A stretch of 28,831 nucleotides of DNA. Origin: Acidobacteriota bacterium (lineage in GTDB: Bacteria > Acidobacteriota > UBA6911 > JACQSX01). Positions 1-8,928 of this stretch are shown one piece after another. The notes beneath the pieces are model-generated. The model worked only from the letters and a program-made list of their open reading frames with translations, had not been told where the DNA came from and made no database searches. Both the position numbers and the translations under genes were made by a program. Where the stretch lies: assembly GCA_036507075.1 (NCBI GenBank), contig DASXQR010000170.1, forward strand, positions 1 to 28,831. The letters run 5' to 3'. Numbering within the stretch: position 1 is the first letter of the stretch; the number at the start of each line of letters is the position of its first letter.

Positions 1-808
1 ATACCAGCGCGTCAATCATCTCCTGGTCGCTTACCAGCAGAATTCCTTCAATCAGCGCTTTGACGATGGGAAACGTCAGCTCGCCCGGAGAGGATACCTG
101 CAATCCGTCTGCAATGGTGTGCGGCACGGGAATGTGCACGCGCTCGTTCTTCTGAAAGGAAAGAAACGTATCGTTGGCAGTTTCCGGCTCCACTCCGTAA
201 ATTCGAATGCCCGGAGAAAGGTGCTTTGCTGCAGTGGAGCAGCCCGCCATCAGTCCGCTGCCGCTGACCGACGTCAACAGGAAGTCCAGATGCGGGACAT
301 CCTCCAGCAATTCCACGGCCGCCGTTGCCTGACCGGCCATGATCAGGTAATCGTCGAAGGGGGGAACCATGATGGCCCCTCGCTCGCGACAGATTCTTTC
401 GCCCATCTCTTCGCGGTTTTCGCCGTAGCGGTCATAAAACACTATTTCAGCGCCATACCCGCGTGTGGCGTTCACCTTGGCCTCGGGAGCGTCTTGAGGC
501 ATGACAATGGTCGCCTTGATACCAAGCAGCCTTGCGGTCAAAGCGACCGCCTGCGCATGGTTGCCGGAGGAAAACGCCACTACCGCCGATACTCTCTGCT
601 TCTCGGTCTCGGCTTTGATCTTGTTGTAAGCTCCGCGGAACTTGAATGCGCCACCGCGCTGCAGATTTTCAGCCTTGAAATAAACGGCGCAACCGGCCCT
701 GTCGTCGAACTGGCGGGAATGGAAGACAGGAGTGCGATGTGCCACACCCTTCAATCGGGCCTGTGCTTTCTGAATTTCTTCCCAAGTGAGAGGCATATTT
801 TCCATCAT
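1..808 (-). CDS. PLP-dependent threonine/serine dehydratase (serine racemase-like); 3' end runs off the window
   Basis: Manual minus-strand translation: MMENMPLTWEEIQKAQARLKGVAHRTPV...YFKAENLQRGGAFKFRGA...AFSSGNHAQ...VSGSGLMAG...TIADGL. Contains the PLP lysine motif of fold-type II dehydratases. Start is ambiguous (in-frame ATGs at 796, 805, 808, 814). Confidence 0.9.
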   Translation of the reverse strand, partial: MMENMPLTWEEIQKAQARLKGVAHRTPVFHSRQFDDRAGCAVYFKAENLQRGGAFKFRGAYNKIKAETEKQRVSAVVAFSSGNHAQAVALTARLLGIKATIVMPQDAPEAKVNATRGYGAEIVFYDRYGENREEMGERICRERGAIMVPPFDDYLIMAGQATAAVELLEDVPHLDFLLTSVSGSGLMAGCSTAAKHLSPGIRIYGVEPETANDTFLSFQKNERVHIPVPHTIADGLQVSSPGELTFPIVKALIEGILLVSDQEMIDALV

Positions 809-842
809 GGCATCCGAGCCGCGCCCGCAAGCAAGGGAAGCC

Positions 843-978
843 TCAGTACCGCGTCCCGTTAGGGCGCGTGAGGACAATGTTAGTCGGTTTCTCAGAGCCC
901 TCAAGATGCTGTGGAATGGGCCGACACGTCGCATCTTGTTAGATTCTTGGTGCGCGCCCTGACGGAGCGCGGTACTGA
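843..978. repeat. REP-like inverted doublet with 26-bp arms
   Basis: TCAGTACCGCGTCCCGTTAGGGCGCG (843-868) and its near reverse complement CGCGCCCTGACGGAGCGCGGTACTGA (953-978), 3 mismatches. Related units at about 12287-12306 and 27141-27261. Confidence 0.8.
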
Positions 979-1064
979 TTTTCAGGTTCTCACGCGCGCT
1001 TCGGATCTTTGAAGCGGGTCGCGAAGATTCTAACTCATGTTCGTGTTTTCGCTTCTTTGCCGTT

Positions 1065-1418
1065 TCAACCGGTCAGAATTTCCGCTAAATGGGAAGAGAA
1101 ATACGAGCGTGCCACAACCTGGTCGCATCCGGCCTCCTGGGCGGCGCGGGCAAGGTCCGCTTGCACGTGCGACAGGAAGGCCAACAACGGAATAGAAATG
1201 TTGCGCCCTCGTATTTCGCGGATCAGATCCACGGCGCTGCAGGTTCGGCAGTTCAGATCAAGAATAATGGAAGAGATCGATTCTTGCGGCCGATCTCCAA
1301 GGTCCTTGAGCAGCGCCTCGGGCTTGGTGTAGATTCGAACTTCCTTCCCCAACTGCCTGGCCGTTCCTGTGATTTTGGAGCTGAAAAAAAGATCGTCCAC
1401 CAAAGCGAGAATCATCAT
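1065..1418 (-). CDS. Single-domain CheY-like receiver protein (atypical)
   Basis: VDD acidic pair, ILDL phosphoacceptor strand, [14 protein letters not shown]. The canonical KP is replaced by ARS. The start overlaps the DAHP synthase stop (ATGA). Confidence 0.75.
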   Translation of the reverse strand: MMILALVDDLFFSSKITGTARQLGKEVRIYTKPEALLKDLGDRPQESISSIILDLNCRTCSAVDLIREIRGRNISIPLLAFLSHVQADLARAAQEAGCDQVVARSYFSSHLAEILTG

Positions 1419-2452
1419 CCTACCAAAGCCGGACTTTGCAGCGTGCGGTTTTCGAGCTTCAGGTACGGCTGCAGCTTTTCCATTAACGCGGAGAACTGCA
1501 ACGGGTTGAGCGACTGAGCACCGTCGCTGAGCGCATGTTCGGGGTGCGGATGCACTTCAATCATCAGCCCGTCGCAACCGGCAGCCACGGCGGCGCGCGA
1601 CATGGCGGGTATCAGCGATCGCACCCCCGTGCCATGTGTCGGATCCACGATCACGGGCAGGTGGCTCAATTCTTTGAGCAGCGGAACGGCGGAGAGATCG
1701 AGTGTATTGCGCGTCTGATCCTCGAAGGTGCGGATGCCGCGTTCGCACAAAATAACATTCGGATTGCCGTGCGAGAGGATGTATTCGGCCGACATCAGTA
1801 GTTCCTTGACCGTGCACATCATGCCGCGCTTCAATAAAATTGGTTTGCTGGTCTTGCCCACACCCTTGAGCAGTGAAAAATTCTGCATGTTGCGCGCGCC
1901 GATCTGCACGATATCGGCGTATTCGGCCACCAGCGGAATATCTTCAGCCCCGAGCACTTCGGTCACGATGGGCAGCTTTGTCTTTTCCCGGGCCTTGGCG
2001 AGCAGTTCCAATCCCTTCTTCTCCAGGCCCTGGAACGAATAGGGTGACGTGCGGGGTTTGAATGCTCCGCCGCGAAGGATGTTGGCGCCCGCCGCTTTGA
2101 CCGCGTGGGCCGCATCCAGTATCTGCTGCTCTGTTTCCACTGAGCAGGGACCGGCCATGACGGCAAATTGTCGCGATCCGATCTCCACATTCCCGACCCG
2201 GATAGTTGTAGGCTGCTTGCGTAATTCACTGGAGGCCAGCTTGTAGGGCTTCATAATCGGGATGACCGCTTCCACTCCTTCAACCAGCGCCAGCCCCAGC
2301 AACTCTTCACGACCGCGTTCATCTCCGATTGCGCCAATCACGGTGCGTTCGACGCCGTGAATTGGGTGCGACTGGAATCCAATCACCTCAATTTGATTAC
2401 AGATGAACTCAATCTGTTCCCTGGTGGCGCCGGGTTTCATCACAACAATCAT
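1415..2452 (-). CDS. aroF: 3-deoxy-7-phosphoheptulonate (DAHP) synthase, type I-beta, with N-terminal regulatory domain
   Basis: MIVVMK N-terminal domain; motifs [69 protein letters not shown] upstream. Confidence 0.95.
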   Translation of the reverse strand: MIVVMKPGATREQIEFICNQIEVIGFQSHPIHGVERTVIGAIGDERGREELLGLALVEGVEAVIPIMKPYKLASSELRKQPTTIRVGNVEIGSRQFAVMAGPCSVETEQQILDAAHAVKAAGANILRGGAFKPRTSPYSFQGLEKKGLELLAKAREKTKLPIVTEVLGAEDIPLVAEYADIVQIGARNMQNFSLLKGVGKTSKPILLKRGMMCTVKELLMSAEYILSHGNPNVILCERGIRTFEDQTRNTLDLSAVPLLKELSHLPVIVDPTHGTGVRSLIPAMSRAAVAAGCDGLMIEVHPHPEHALSDGAQSLNPLQFSALMEKLQPYLKLENRTLQSPALVG

Positions 2453-2515
2453 AAAAACTCCTCGATGTTTTCGTTCAATCTGGCTTTCAGAGGATAGAAC
2501 TGCAGAATGAGAAAC

Positions 2516-2544
2516 GCGGAGAATCCAACTAGTGGATGCTCCGC
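2516..2544 (-). terminator. Hairpin overlapping the leader-peptide stop; candidate attenuator or pause hairpin
   Basis: Minus strand GCGGAG-C-ATCCA / CTAGT loop / TGGAT-T-CTCCGC, followed by GTTTCTCATT (weak U tract). Confidence 0.5.
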
Positions 2545-2612
2545 CAGGTAAAAAAGAAGTCCTGACGGCCGGAAGCGAAGTAGTTTTGGAAGGACCGCCG
2601 ATAACGCAGCAT
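2529..2612 (-). CDS. Putative aromatic-amino-acid leader peptide [27 protein letters not shown] (27 aa)
   Basis: ATG at 2612, TAG at 2529-2531. It has 5 Phe, 2 Tyr and 1 Trp in 27 codons and lies directly upstream of the DAHP synthase, downstream of a sigma70-like promoter. Confidence 0.7.
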   Translation of the reverse strand: MLRYRRSFQNYFASGRQDFFFTWRSIH

Positions 2613-2623
2613 AAATTTGGGAA

Positions 2624-2652
2624 AGGCTAAGGCAAGGCGGGCATAAAGTCAA
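2624..2652 (-). promoter_or_regulatory. Sigma70-like promoter for the leader-aroF transcript
   Basis: TTGACT (2652-2647), 17-bp spacer, TAGCCT (2629-2624); 11 nt upstream of the leader ATG. Confidence 0.55.
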
Positions 2653-2894
2653 GTTATTGGTCATTGGCCAGGGTCATTAGTCATCGGTCATCGGCATTGC
2701 TCATCGTCATTGGTCATCGGTTATTGGTAATGCAGAATTAAAGTTCAGGAGCTTGGTGTCTTGGTGGTAAAAAAATTGAACCACCAAAACACCAAGTCAG
2801 GTTTTCTTTATTTTGCGCACCCGATCCGCAGGAGCTTGTTTTTTACAAGGCATCCGATCAAAAGACGGATAACCAATGACCAATGACCAATGAC
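2653..2894. repeat. Inverted heptamer-array element (TCATTGG)n ... (CCAATGA)n enclosing a hairpin
   Basis: Degenerate TCATTGG/TCATCGG units at about 2653-2731, CCAATGA x3 at about 2870-2894, and an internal hairpin CTTGGTGTCTTGGTGGT...ACCACCAAAACACCAAG at 2752-2796. Confidence 0.85.
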
Positions 2895-2994
2895 GGTCGC
2901 TCGCCCAGAGTTCCCCTCCACCTGTGCGTTTATGGTAAAACTACTCTTGTTCAGTCATGACGATACAAAAGAGTACTTTCCGATAAGGAGGCCT

Positions 2995-3603
2995 ATGCCA
3001 TTTACACTTCCACCTTTGCCGTATCCTGCTGATGCTTTGGAACCTCATATCGACAAGATGACCATGGAAATCCACCACGGCAAACACCACAATGCTTACG
3101 TAACGAACTTGAACAAGGCTTTGGAGTCGGCGCCCGCGCTGGCGAACAAGAAAATTGAAGAATTGCTGGCGAACAACTGCTCCGCTGTTCCCGAAAATAT
3201 CCGCGCTGCGGTGCGTAATAACGGTGGAGGTCATGCCAATCACTCCATGTTCTGGCAGATTATGGGCCCCAAGGCGGGCGGCAAACCGAAGGGAAAGGTA
3301 GCAGAAGCGATTGATAAAACCTTCGGCGGCTTTGATGCGTTCAAAGAGAAATTTGCCGCGGCGGCCGTCGGCCGGTTTGGCTCGGGTTGGGCATGGCTGG
3401 TGAAAGACTCTTCCGGCAAGGTTGATGTTATTTCCACCGCCAACCAGGACAGTCCGATCATGGAAGGCAAGATCCCGGTAATGGGTCTCGATGTGTGGGA
3501 GCACGCCTACTATCTGAAGTATCAGAACAGACGCCCCGATTACATTGCCGCCTGGTGGAATGTCGTGAATTGGGAAGAGGTGGAGAAGCGTTTCACAGGT
3601 TGA
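2995..3603 (+). CDS. sodA: Superoxide dismutase, Fe/Mn family (Mn-type signature)
   Basis: [54 protein letters not shown] places the start at ATG 2995. Confidence 0.95.
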   Translation: MPFTLPPLPYPADALEPHIDKMTMEIHHGKHHNAYVTNLNKALESAPALANKKIEELLANNCSAVPENIRAAVRNNGGGHANHSMFWQIMGPKAGGKPKGKVAEAIDKTFGGFDAFKEKFAAAAVGRFGSGWAWLVKDSSGKVDVISTANQDSPIMEGKIPVMGLDVWEHAYYLKYQNRRPDYIAAWWNVVNWEEVEKRFTG

Positions 3604-3718
3604 GCACGAGTTACACGAATGACACGAATCTTTCAAGTAACTCCGTGAAAATTTGCGAAAATTTGCGCTCGATGGAGGCTTTGACTTTCGACCTTCGACT
3701 TTCAGACTTTCGACTTTT
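3602..3718. repeat. (CACGAAT)n-type hairpin followed by a (TTCGACT)n heptamer array
   Basis: GAGCACGAG..CACGAAT..CACGAAT / CGTGAAAATTTGCGAAAATTTGCGCTC at 3602-3670; TTCGACC/TTCGACT units at about 3680-3718. Confidence 0.75.
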
Positions 3719-3738
3719 TGCAGTAGAGTGAATGTCGC

Positions 3739-4113
3739 ATGCTGTTCCCTCTGGTCGAGCCGGGAGAATCGATCTGCGCCGTTTCTGATCTGCAGAACGG
3801 CCAGTCGCTGAAGTTTCACTTTCCCACAGGAATCGGACCGGAGCAGGCTTTCCTGATACGCTACCAGGACGAATTTCACGCCTTTGTAAATCGATGCCGT
3901 CACGTGCATATTCCACTCGACTATGACGACAATGATTTCTTCAGCAGCGACGGTGAGTTTCTTGTCTGCAAGAATCACGGAGCTGTGTACGAGCCTGCCG
4001 CAGGCAACTGTGTATTTGGCCCGTGCGACGGGCGAGGTCTGGCACGCCTCCCCATCGAGGTTCGCGACTCGCACGTGGTCCTGGGAGAGATCCCGCCGGC
4101 GCTGCGAGTGTAA
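3739..4113 (+). CDS. Rieske [2Fe-2S] domain protein
   Basis: NRCRH...LVCKNHGAVY (CxH / CxxH ligands), GNCVFGPC. Confidence 0.9.
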   Translation: MLFPLVEPGESICAVSDLQNGQSLKFHFPTGIGPEQAFLIRYQDEFHAFVNRCRHVHIPLDYDDNDFFSSDGEFLVCKNHGAVYEPAAGNCVFGPCDGRGLARLPIEVRDSHVVLGEIPPALRV

Positions 4114-4165
4114 GTCAAAAGTCGACGTTCGACTTTCGGCCTTCGACGTTTCTCCGGATGGCTTT

Positions 4166-5002
4166 TTATGCAACGTACTCAGCAACTACCCGGGCCTTCA
4201 GAATCCCCCGTTTGTGACCTTCATCCAGCAGCGCCTGCACGGCTTTTCGACCCGACTCCGAATAGTCCATTGTCAGTTCATTTACGTACATCGCCACAAA
4301 CCGATCCATCAATTCGGGATCCAGCCCGCGCGCAAACTGGGCGGCGTATTGGAGTGCGTCTTCACGGTGCTCCAGGCCGTATTGGATGCTTTTCGATATG
4401 AGATGGGATATTTCCGAGATTGTTTTCGGGCCCAGATCGCGCCGGATCACATTGCCGCCCAACGGCAAAGGAAGAGACTTTTTCTGCTGCCACCACTCGC
4501 CCAGATCAATAACTTTCTCCAGGCCATCCGCGGCATAGGTGAGCTGTCCTTCGTGAATAATCAGCCCGGCATCGTATCTGCCCGCGAGAATTTCGGGAAT
4601 GATCTGATCGAAGGGAATCACGTCGCCCTCCAGTAACGGATCATAGATCTTCATGGCCAGGTATGCGGTTGTCAGCTTTCCTGGAACGGCCAGGCGCAGA
4701 TTTCGCAACTCGAGCGGTTTGATGCGATGCCGGGACACAATCAGCGGACCATAACCGCGGCCAATGCTGGCACCGTGAGGAAGCAGCAGGTAACGGTCCT
4801 GGATGAATGCATAGGCGTGGAAGGAGATGGCGCTTACTTCGTACTCTCCTTTCATGGCCGACTGGTTGAGCGATTCGATGTCTTTAAGGACATGCTCGAA
4901 TTTGTAGAGACGCGGCTTCATTTTCCCCGTCGCCAGGGCGTAGAACATGAAGGCGTCATCGGAGTCAGGGCTATGTGCGATTCTAATCAGTTTGTTTTTC
5001 AT
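4166..5002 (-). CDS. mqnD: MqnA/MqnD family menaquinone (futalosine pathway) protein, most like 1,4-dihydroxy-6-naphthoate synthase
   Basis: IAHSPDSDDAFMFYAL, DIESLN, VPGKLTTAYL, GLIIHEGQLTY, DLGEWW, LPLPLG, MYVN. Confidence 0.85.
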   Translation of the reverse strand: MKNKLIRIAHSPDSDDAFMFYALATGKMKPRLYKFEHVLKDIESLNQSAMKGEYEVSAISFHAYAFIQDRYLLLPHGASIGRGYGPLIVSRHRIKPLELRNLRLAVPGKLTTAYLAMKIYDPLLEGDVIPFDQIIPEILAGRYDAGLIIHEGQLTYAADGLEKVIDLGEWWQQKKSLPLPLGGNVIRRDLGPKTISEISHLISKSIQYGLEHREDALQYAAQFARGLDPELMDRFVAMYVNELTMDYSESGRKAVQALLDEGHKRGILKARVVAEYVA

Positions 5003-5990
5003 CTGGGGGAGCAGTGCGGGAAACGAAAGTAAGTGCGTAAATTTGCAGCCCCCGGTCGGCGGTGCTGAACGAGAGCAGATGTGACCCGAATTCGGCGCTT
5101 CTGATCAGTTGGTACAGGCGCGGTTCTCGAACGTCGACAATGGCATGTCCAGCTTCGTAACGCACATCTTCTCCGGCGAATTCTGCGGGGAGCGGCCGCG
5201 CGTCCTGCAGAATGTAGAGACGGCTTCCGAAACGCGAGCGCATCACCAGATTCACCTCGGCAGCGGAATACTGAAGCAAAACATGGCCTTCTTCCTCGCC
5301 CACAAATCTTGAGAACTGCGGCTGCGTGCTCCACTTGCCTACCAGGTAAACGGTGTCGGGAAGAAACTGCGACGGCATGGGGAAAATCCATTCGCTTCCC
5401 TCGCCGCTTGCCTGTTCCCGGTTTCCGATGCGGCTGCGATCGGTTCCGAGGTACAACTCGGGCGTGCCGCGACGGCCGACCTCGCCGGGACGGTCTGAGT
5501 CTCTCACGGGCGCCATCACGCCGCTGAATTCACCGCCGTCGTTGCGCTTCTGCAACAGCACTTGAATCGCCTCCTCGAAGCCGGGGTAATCCCCTTCTCC
5601 AAGGTGCGAGTAGCGCAGCCGGCCTTCCGCATCGAACAGATATTTGGCCGGCCAGACACGGTTGGCGAACGAGTCCCAGATTTTTCGCGCGTTGTCCAGA
5701 GTGACCGCATAAGGAATGTCGTAGGCATGCACGGCCGCCAAAACATTTTTCTTTTCGCGAGCAAAGTCGAATTCAGGAGTGTGAACACCGACGACCAGCA
5801 GCCCCAGGTGCGCGTAACGCTCGTGCCACTCCCTTAAGTAGGGCAGCGCCCGCAGACAGTTGAGACAGGTGTAATCCCAGAAATCCACCAGCGTCACCAG
5901 GCCGCTGCAGTCGGAGTTTGTGATTTTACCCTGAATCCATTCGCCGCCTTCAATTCCCGGAAAATGAATCAAGCCATTTTCGAGTGGCAT
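4983..5990 (-). CDS. Redoxin (TlpA-like) protein with DipZ-type C-terminal domain
   Basis: LVDFWDYTCLNC (CxxC), GVHTPEF, NRVWPAKYLFD, GEGDY, TPELYLG, YSAAEVNLV. Start set at ATG 5990 because the longer ORF runs through a repeat and the divergent intergenic region. Confidence 0.85.
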   Translation of the reverse strand: MPLENGLIHFPGIEGGEWIQGKITNSDCSGLVTLVDFWDYTCLNCLRALPYLREWHERYAHLGLLVVGVHTPEFDFAREKKNVLAAVHAYDIPYAVTLDNARKIWDSFANRVWPAKYLFDAEGRLRYSHLGEGDYPGFEEAIQVLLQKRNDGGEFSGVMAPVRDSDRPGEVGRRGTPELYLGTDRSRIGNREQASGEGSEWIFPMPSQFLPDTVYLVGKWSTQPQFSRFVGEEEGHVLLQYSAAEVNLVMRSRFGSRLYILQDARPLPAEFAGEDVRYEAGHAIVDVREPRLYQLIRSAEFGSHLLSFSTADRGLQIYALTFVSRTAPPDEKQTD

Positions 5991-6005
5991 TGTTGTTTGC
6001 TGGTG

Positions 6006-6034
6006 CAACTGACCATGGACAACGGACAACTGAC
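6006..6034. repeat. Short (CAACTGA/CAACGGA)n heptamer array (single arm)
   Basis: CAACTGACCATGGACAACGGACAACTGAC; same family as the outer arms at 16703-17114 and 26997-27503. Confidence 0.6.
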
Positions 6035-6087
6035 GAAATCCAACCCACACGCTCGGAGTTAATAGTATATTCGCCAATTCCACCGCT

Positions 6088-6909
6088 ATGAAAATCAACG
6101 TCGACGGCATTGTCTATGATCCGGAACGCGCCCGCATTTCTGTTCTGGACCACGGATTTCTTTACGGCGACAGTGTGTACGAAGTGCTGCGCACCCGGGC
6201 CGGAATGCTGGAAAACTTCGATGAACATTTCGCGCGGTTGGAAAATTCGGCGCGTTTCATCCATCTGCAGCTTCCCCACAATGCCGCATTTTACCGTCAG
6301 GAGATCGAAAAGACCTGCAGCGCTCTGGGCGCAACGGAAGCGTCAATCCGCTGGATTGTCACCCGCGGCCCGGGCGAGCTGAGCTTGAGCCCTCTTGAAA
6401 CCGAGCCTGGCTTTGTGATTATTGCGCAGCGCCTGCAGGCCAACATCATCCCGCCTCTGGTAAAGCTGGTGATAGTGCGCGGAATGAGCAGCAATCAACT
6501 TGGGTTCGATCCGCGAATCAAGACGGGGAACCGCCTTCCTCACGTGCTGGCCATGTACGAAGTAAAGCAGGCCGGCGGCTATGAAGGCCTGTTGAAGACC
6601 GCCGAGGGAATCCTGGCGGAAGGCATCACCAGCTCCCTTTTCTTTGTGCGCGGCAATCTCCTCCTTACGCCCTCCCTGGAAACCGGAATTTTAAACGGCG
6701 TCACGCGAAGGCAAGTCCTGAAGGCCGCCAATGAGGCGGGGATTCCTGCACAAGAGGGCAAGTTTACCGAGCAGGATTTATTGGCGGCCGATGCGGTGTT
6801 CATCTGCTCGTCCACGCGCGGCATCGTTCCAGCCGATCAGGTGGACCACCATCCCTATGCATCGAGGTCGAATTCGATTTTGAAAAGGCTCTATCAAAAG
6901 TTGGAATAG
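6088..6909 (+). CDS. PLP-dependent aminotransferase class IV (IlvE/PabC/Dat family)
   Basis: ISVLDHGFLYGDSVYEVLR, HFARL, IKTGN (PLP Lys), AEGITSSLF, GILNGVTR, SSTRGIVP. Confidence 0.9.
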   Translation: MKINVDGIVYDPERARISVLDHGFLYGDSVYEVLRTRAGMLENFDEHFARLENSARFIHLQLPHNAAFYRQEIEKTCSALGATEASIRWIVTRGPGELSLSPLETEPGFVIIAQRLQANIIPPLVKLVIVRGMSSNQLGFDPRIKTGNRLPHVLAMYEVKQAGGYEGLLKTAEGILAEGITSSLFFVRGNLLLTPSLETGILNGVTRRQVLKAANEAGIPAQEGKFTEQDLLAADAVFICSSTRGIVPADQVDHHPYASRSNSILKRLYQKLE

Positions 6910-6972
6910 CTGGCTCGAATCCTGACGCTTTTTTGACTAAACTGAAGTTTTCTGAAACAGACGAGGCAAAAA

Positions 6973-8826
6973 ATGACCGAACAAACTGCTCTGTGGCACT
7001 CCCTGGCTCAACAATTGCGCATCGACAGCATCCGCTCCAGTACTGCGGCCGGCTCGGGCCATCCAAGCTCTTCGATGTCTGCCGCAGACCTGATGTCGGT
7101 GCTGATGTCCAGCTATCTTAAATACGACTTCAAGAAGCCGGAAGATCCTTCCAACGATCATTTGATCTTTTCCAAGGGACACGCCTCGCCGCTGCTGTAT
7201 GCGATGTTTAAAGCGGCGGGAGCCATTTCCGACGAAGAGATGATGAGTTTTCGAAAGTTTGGAAGCCGCATGCAGGGACATCCGGTACCTATTATCCTGC
7301 CATGGGTGGATGTAGCTACGGGCTCGTTGGGGCAGGGCATAGCCATCGGCGTGGGAATTGCTCTCGCGGGCAAGTACCTGGACAAGCTCCCTTACCACGT
7401 ATGGGTTTTGCTGGGGGACAGTGAGATGGCGGAAGGTTCCGTGTGGGAAGCACTGGACCACGCGGGGTACTACAAGCTGGACAACCTGGTGGCCATTCTG
7501 GACATGAACCGGCTTGGCCAGCGCGGAGAAACCGAGTTGGGCTGGAACGGCGGCGCGTACGCCGAGCGAGTGCGCGCCTTCGGCTGGAACGCGATCGAGA
7601 TCGACGGCCACAATCTTGAGCAGATTGATCGAGCCTTCTCCGAAGCACTCAAGTCGGCTGCCAAGCCGACCATAATCGTGGCAAAAACCAGCAAGGGCCG
7701 GGGTGTTTCCTTACTGGAAAACAAGGAAGGCTGGCACGGCAAGCCTCTCAGCGAAGAGCAGGCGCGGCAGGCCATTAAAGAGCTGGGCGGGAATAATTCC
7801 ATTACCGTTTCCGTCAAAAAGCCGCAGCCGGGACCTTCGATTTCCACGCCCGCCGGCGGCGCTGCCAAACTGCCAAGATACGAAATCGGATCTTCGGTGG
7901 CCACACGCAAAGCCTATGGCGATGCTCTCAAGGAACTGGGTGCATCGCGCGCAGACCTGGTGGTGCTGGATGCGGAAGTGAGCAATTCAACGTTTGCCGA
8001 TGAATTTGCCAAGGCTTATCCGGATCGATATTTCGAAATGTACATCGCAGAGCAGCAGATGGTTGCCGCCGCTGTCGGCATGAGCGTGCGGCGGCGGGTT
8101 GCTTTTGCTTCCACGTTTGCCGCCTTCCTGACACGCGCTTACGACTTTATTCGCATGGCTGCGGTTTCCCGCGCCAACCTGCGTTTGTGCGGTTCGCACG
8201 CGGGAGTTTCAATCGGAGAGGACGGCCCGTCGCAGATGGCGCTCGAAGATCTGGCGATGATGCGGGCCGTCTGGAACAGCACGGTGCTTTATCCTTCTGA
8301 CGGGAACCAGACGGCGCAACTGGTCGCGGCGATGGCGGACCAGAAGGGAATCAGCTTCATCCGCACCACCAGGGAAAAGACGCCGGTTCTTTACAACGCG
8401 GATGAAAAATTTACCATCGGCGGCAGCAAGGTAGTACGCCAGTCGGAAAACGACAAGGTAACGGTAGTAGCCGCGGGCATCACGGTCCACCAGGCGCTGA
8501 AAGCTTGCCACCAACTGCAGCAGGAGGGCGTGGCGGTTCGACTGATTGACGCCTACTCGGTGAAGCCCTTTGATGTCGGCACGCTGGCCGAAGCCGTGAA
8601 AAGGACCAGCGGGCGCCTGGTGGTGGCGGAAGATCACTGGAAAGAAGGCGGGCTGGGATCGGCGGCGCTCGAGGCGCTGGCAAGCGTCAACGGGTCACTG
8701 GGCCTGAAGTTCAAACATCTTGCTGTAAAAGACATGCCCGGTTCGGGCACACCGCAGGAATTAATGGATGCGGCGGGAATCGGAACCAGGGCAATCGTCG
8801 AAGCGGTGAGGGAGTTGCTCAAGTAA
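6973..8826 (+). CDS. tkt: Transketolase (single chain)
   Basis: SGHPSS, SKGHASP, ATGSLGQG, GDSEMAEG (ThDP motif), WHGK, IAEQ, GEDGPSQM. Confidence 0.93.
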   Translation: MTEQTALWHSLAQQLRIDSIRSSTAAGSGHPSSSMSAADLMSVLMSSYLKYDFKKPEDPSNDHLIFSKGHASPLLYAMFKAAGAISDEEMMSFRKFGSRMQGHPVPIILPWVDVATGSLGQGIAIGVGIALAGKYLDKLPYHVWVLLGDSEMAEGSVWEALDHAGYYKLDNLVAILDMNRLGQRGETELGWNGGAYAERVRAFGWNAIEIDGHNLEQIDRAFSEALKSAAKPTIIVAKTSKGRGVSLLENKEGWHGKPLSEEQARQAIKELGGNNSITVSVKKPQPGPSISTPAGGAAKLPRYEIGSSVATRKAYGDALKELGASRADLVVLDAEVSNSTFADEFAKAYPDRYFEMYIAEQQMVAAAVGMSVRRRVAFASTFAAFLTRAYDFIRMAAVSRANLRLCGSHAGVSIGEDGPSQMALEDLAMMRAVWNSTVLYPSDGNQTAQLVAAMADQKGISFIRTTREKTPVLYNADEKFTIGGSKVVRQSENDKVTVVAAGITVHQALKACHQLQQEGVAVRLIDAYSVKPFDVGTLAEAVKRTSGRLVVAEDHWKEGGLGSAALEALASVNGSLGLKFKHLAVKDMPGSGTPQELMDAAGIGTRAIVEAVRELLK

Positions 8827-8831
8827 AGTCG

Positions 8832-8928
8832 GGGCACGAATTTCCACGAATTTCCACGAATTTCACGAAGTTATCTAAAAGATTCGTGAAATTCGTGAAA
8901 TTTGTGCTCAACTTCGACCTTCGACTTA
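8832..8928. repeat. (CACGAATT)n / (AATTCGTG)n hairpin plus TTCGAC array between convergent genes
   Basis: Four CACGAA units, a spacer and three TT(C/T)GTG units (8832-8909), then ACTTCGACCTTCGACTTA overlapping the stop of the fusion gene. Confidence 0.8.

Noticed and set aside
119..862. 247-aa plus-strand ORF
   Set aside because: Antisense shadow of the clear minus-strand dehydratase.
2449..2664. 71-aa minus-strand ORF upstream of aroF
   Set aside because: It starts inside the heptamer array, upstream of the predicted promoter, and has no recognisable features. The nested 27-aa frame explains the region better.
2941..2990. TACTCTT...AAGAGTA stem in the sodA 5' region as a Mn-sensing riboswitch
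   Set aside because: Only a short stem; I could not see yybP-ykoY consensus features. An Rfam scan would settle it.
2941..4185. 414-aa minus-strand ORF
   Set aside because: Antisense to sodA and the Rieske gene, and reads through repeats.
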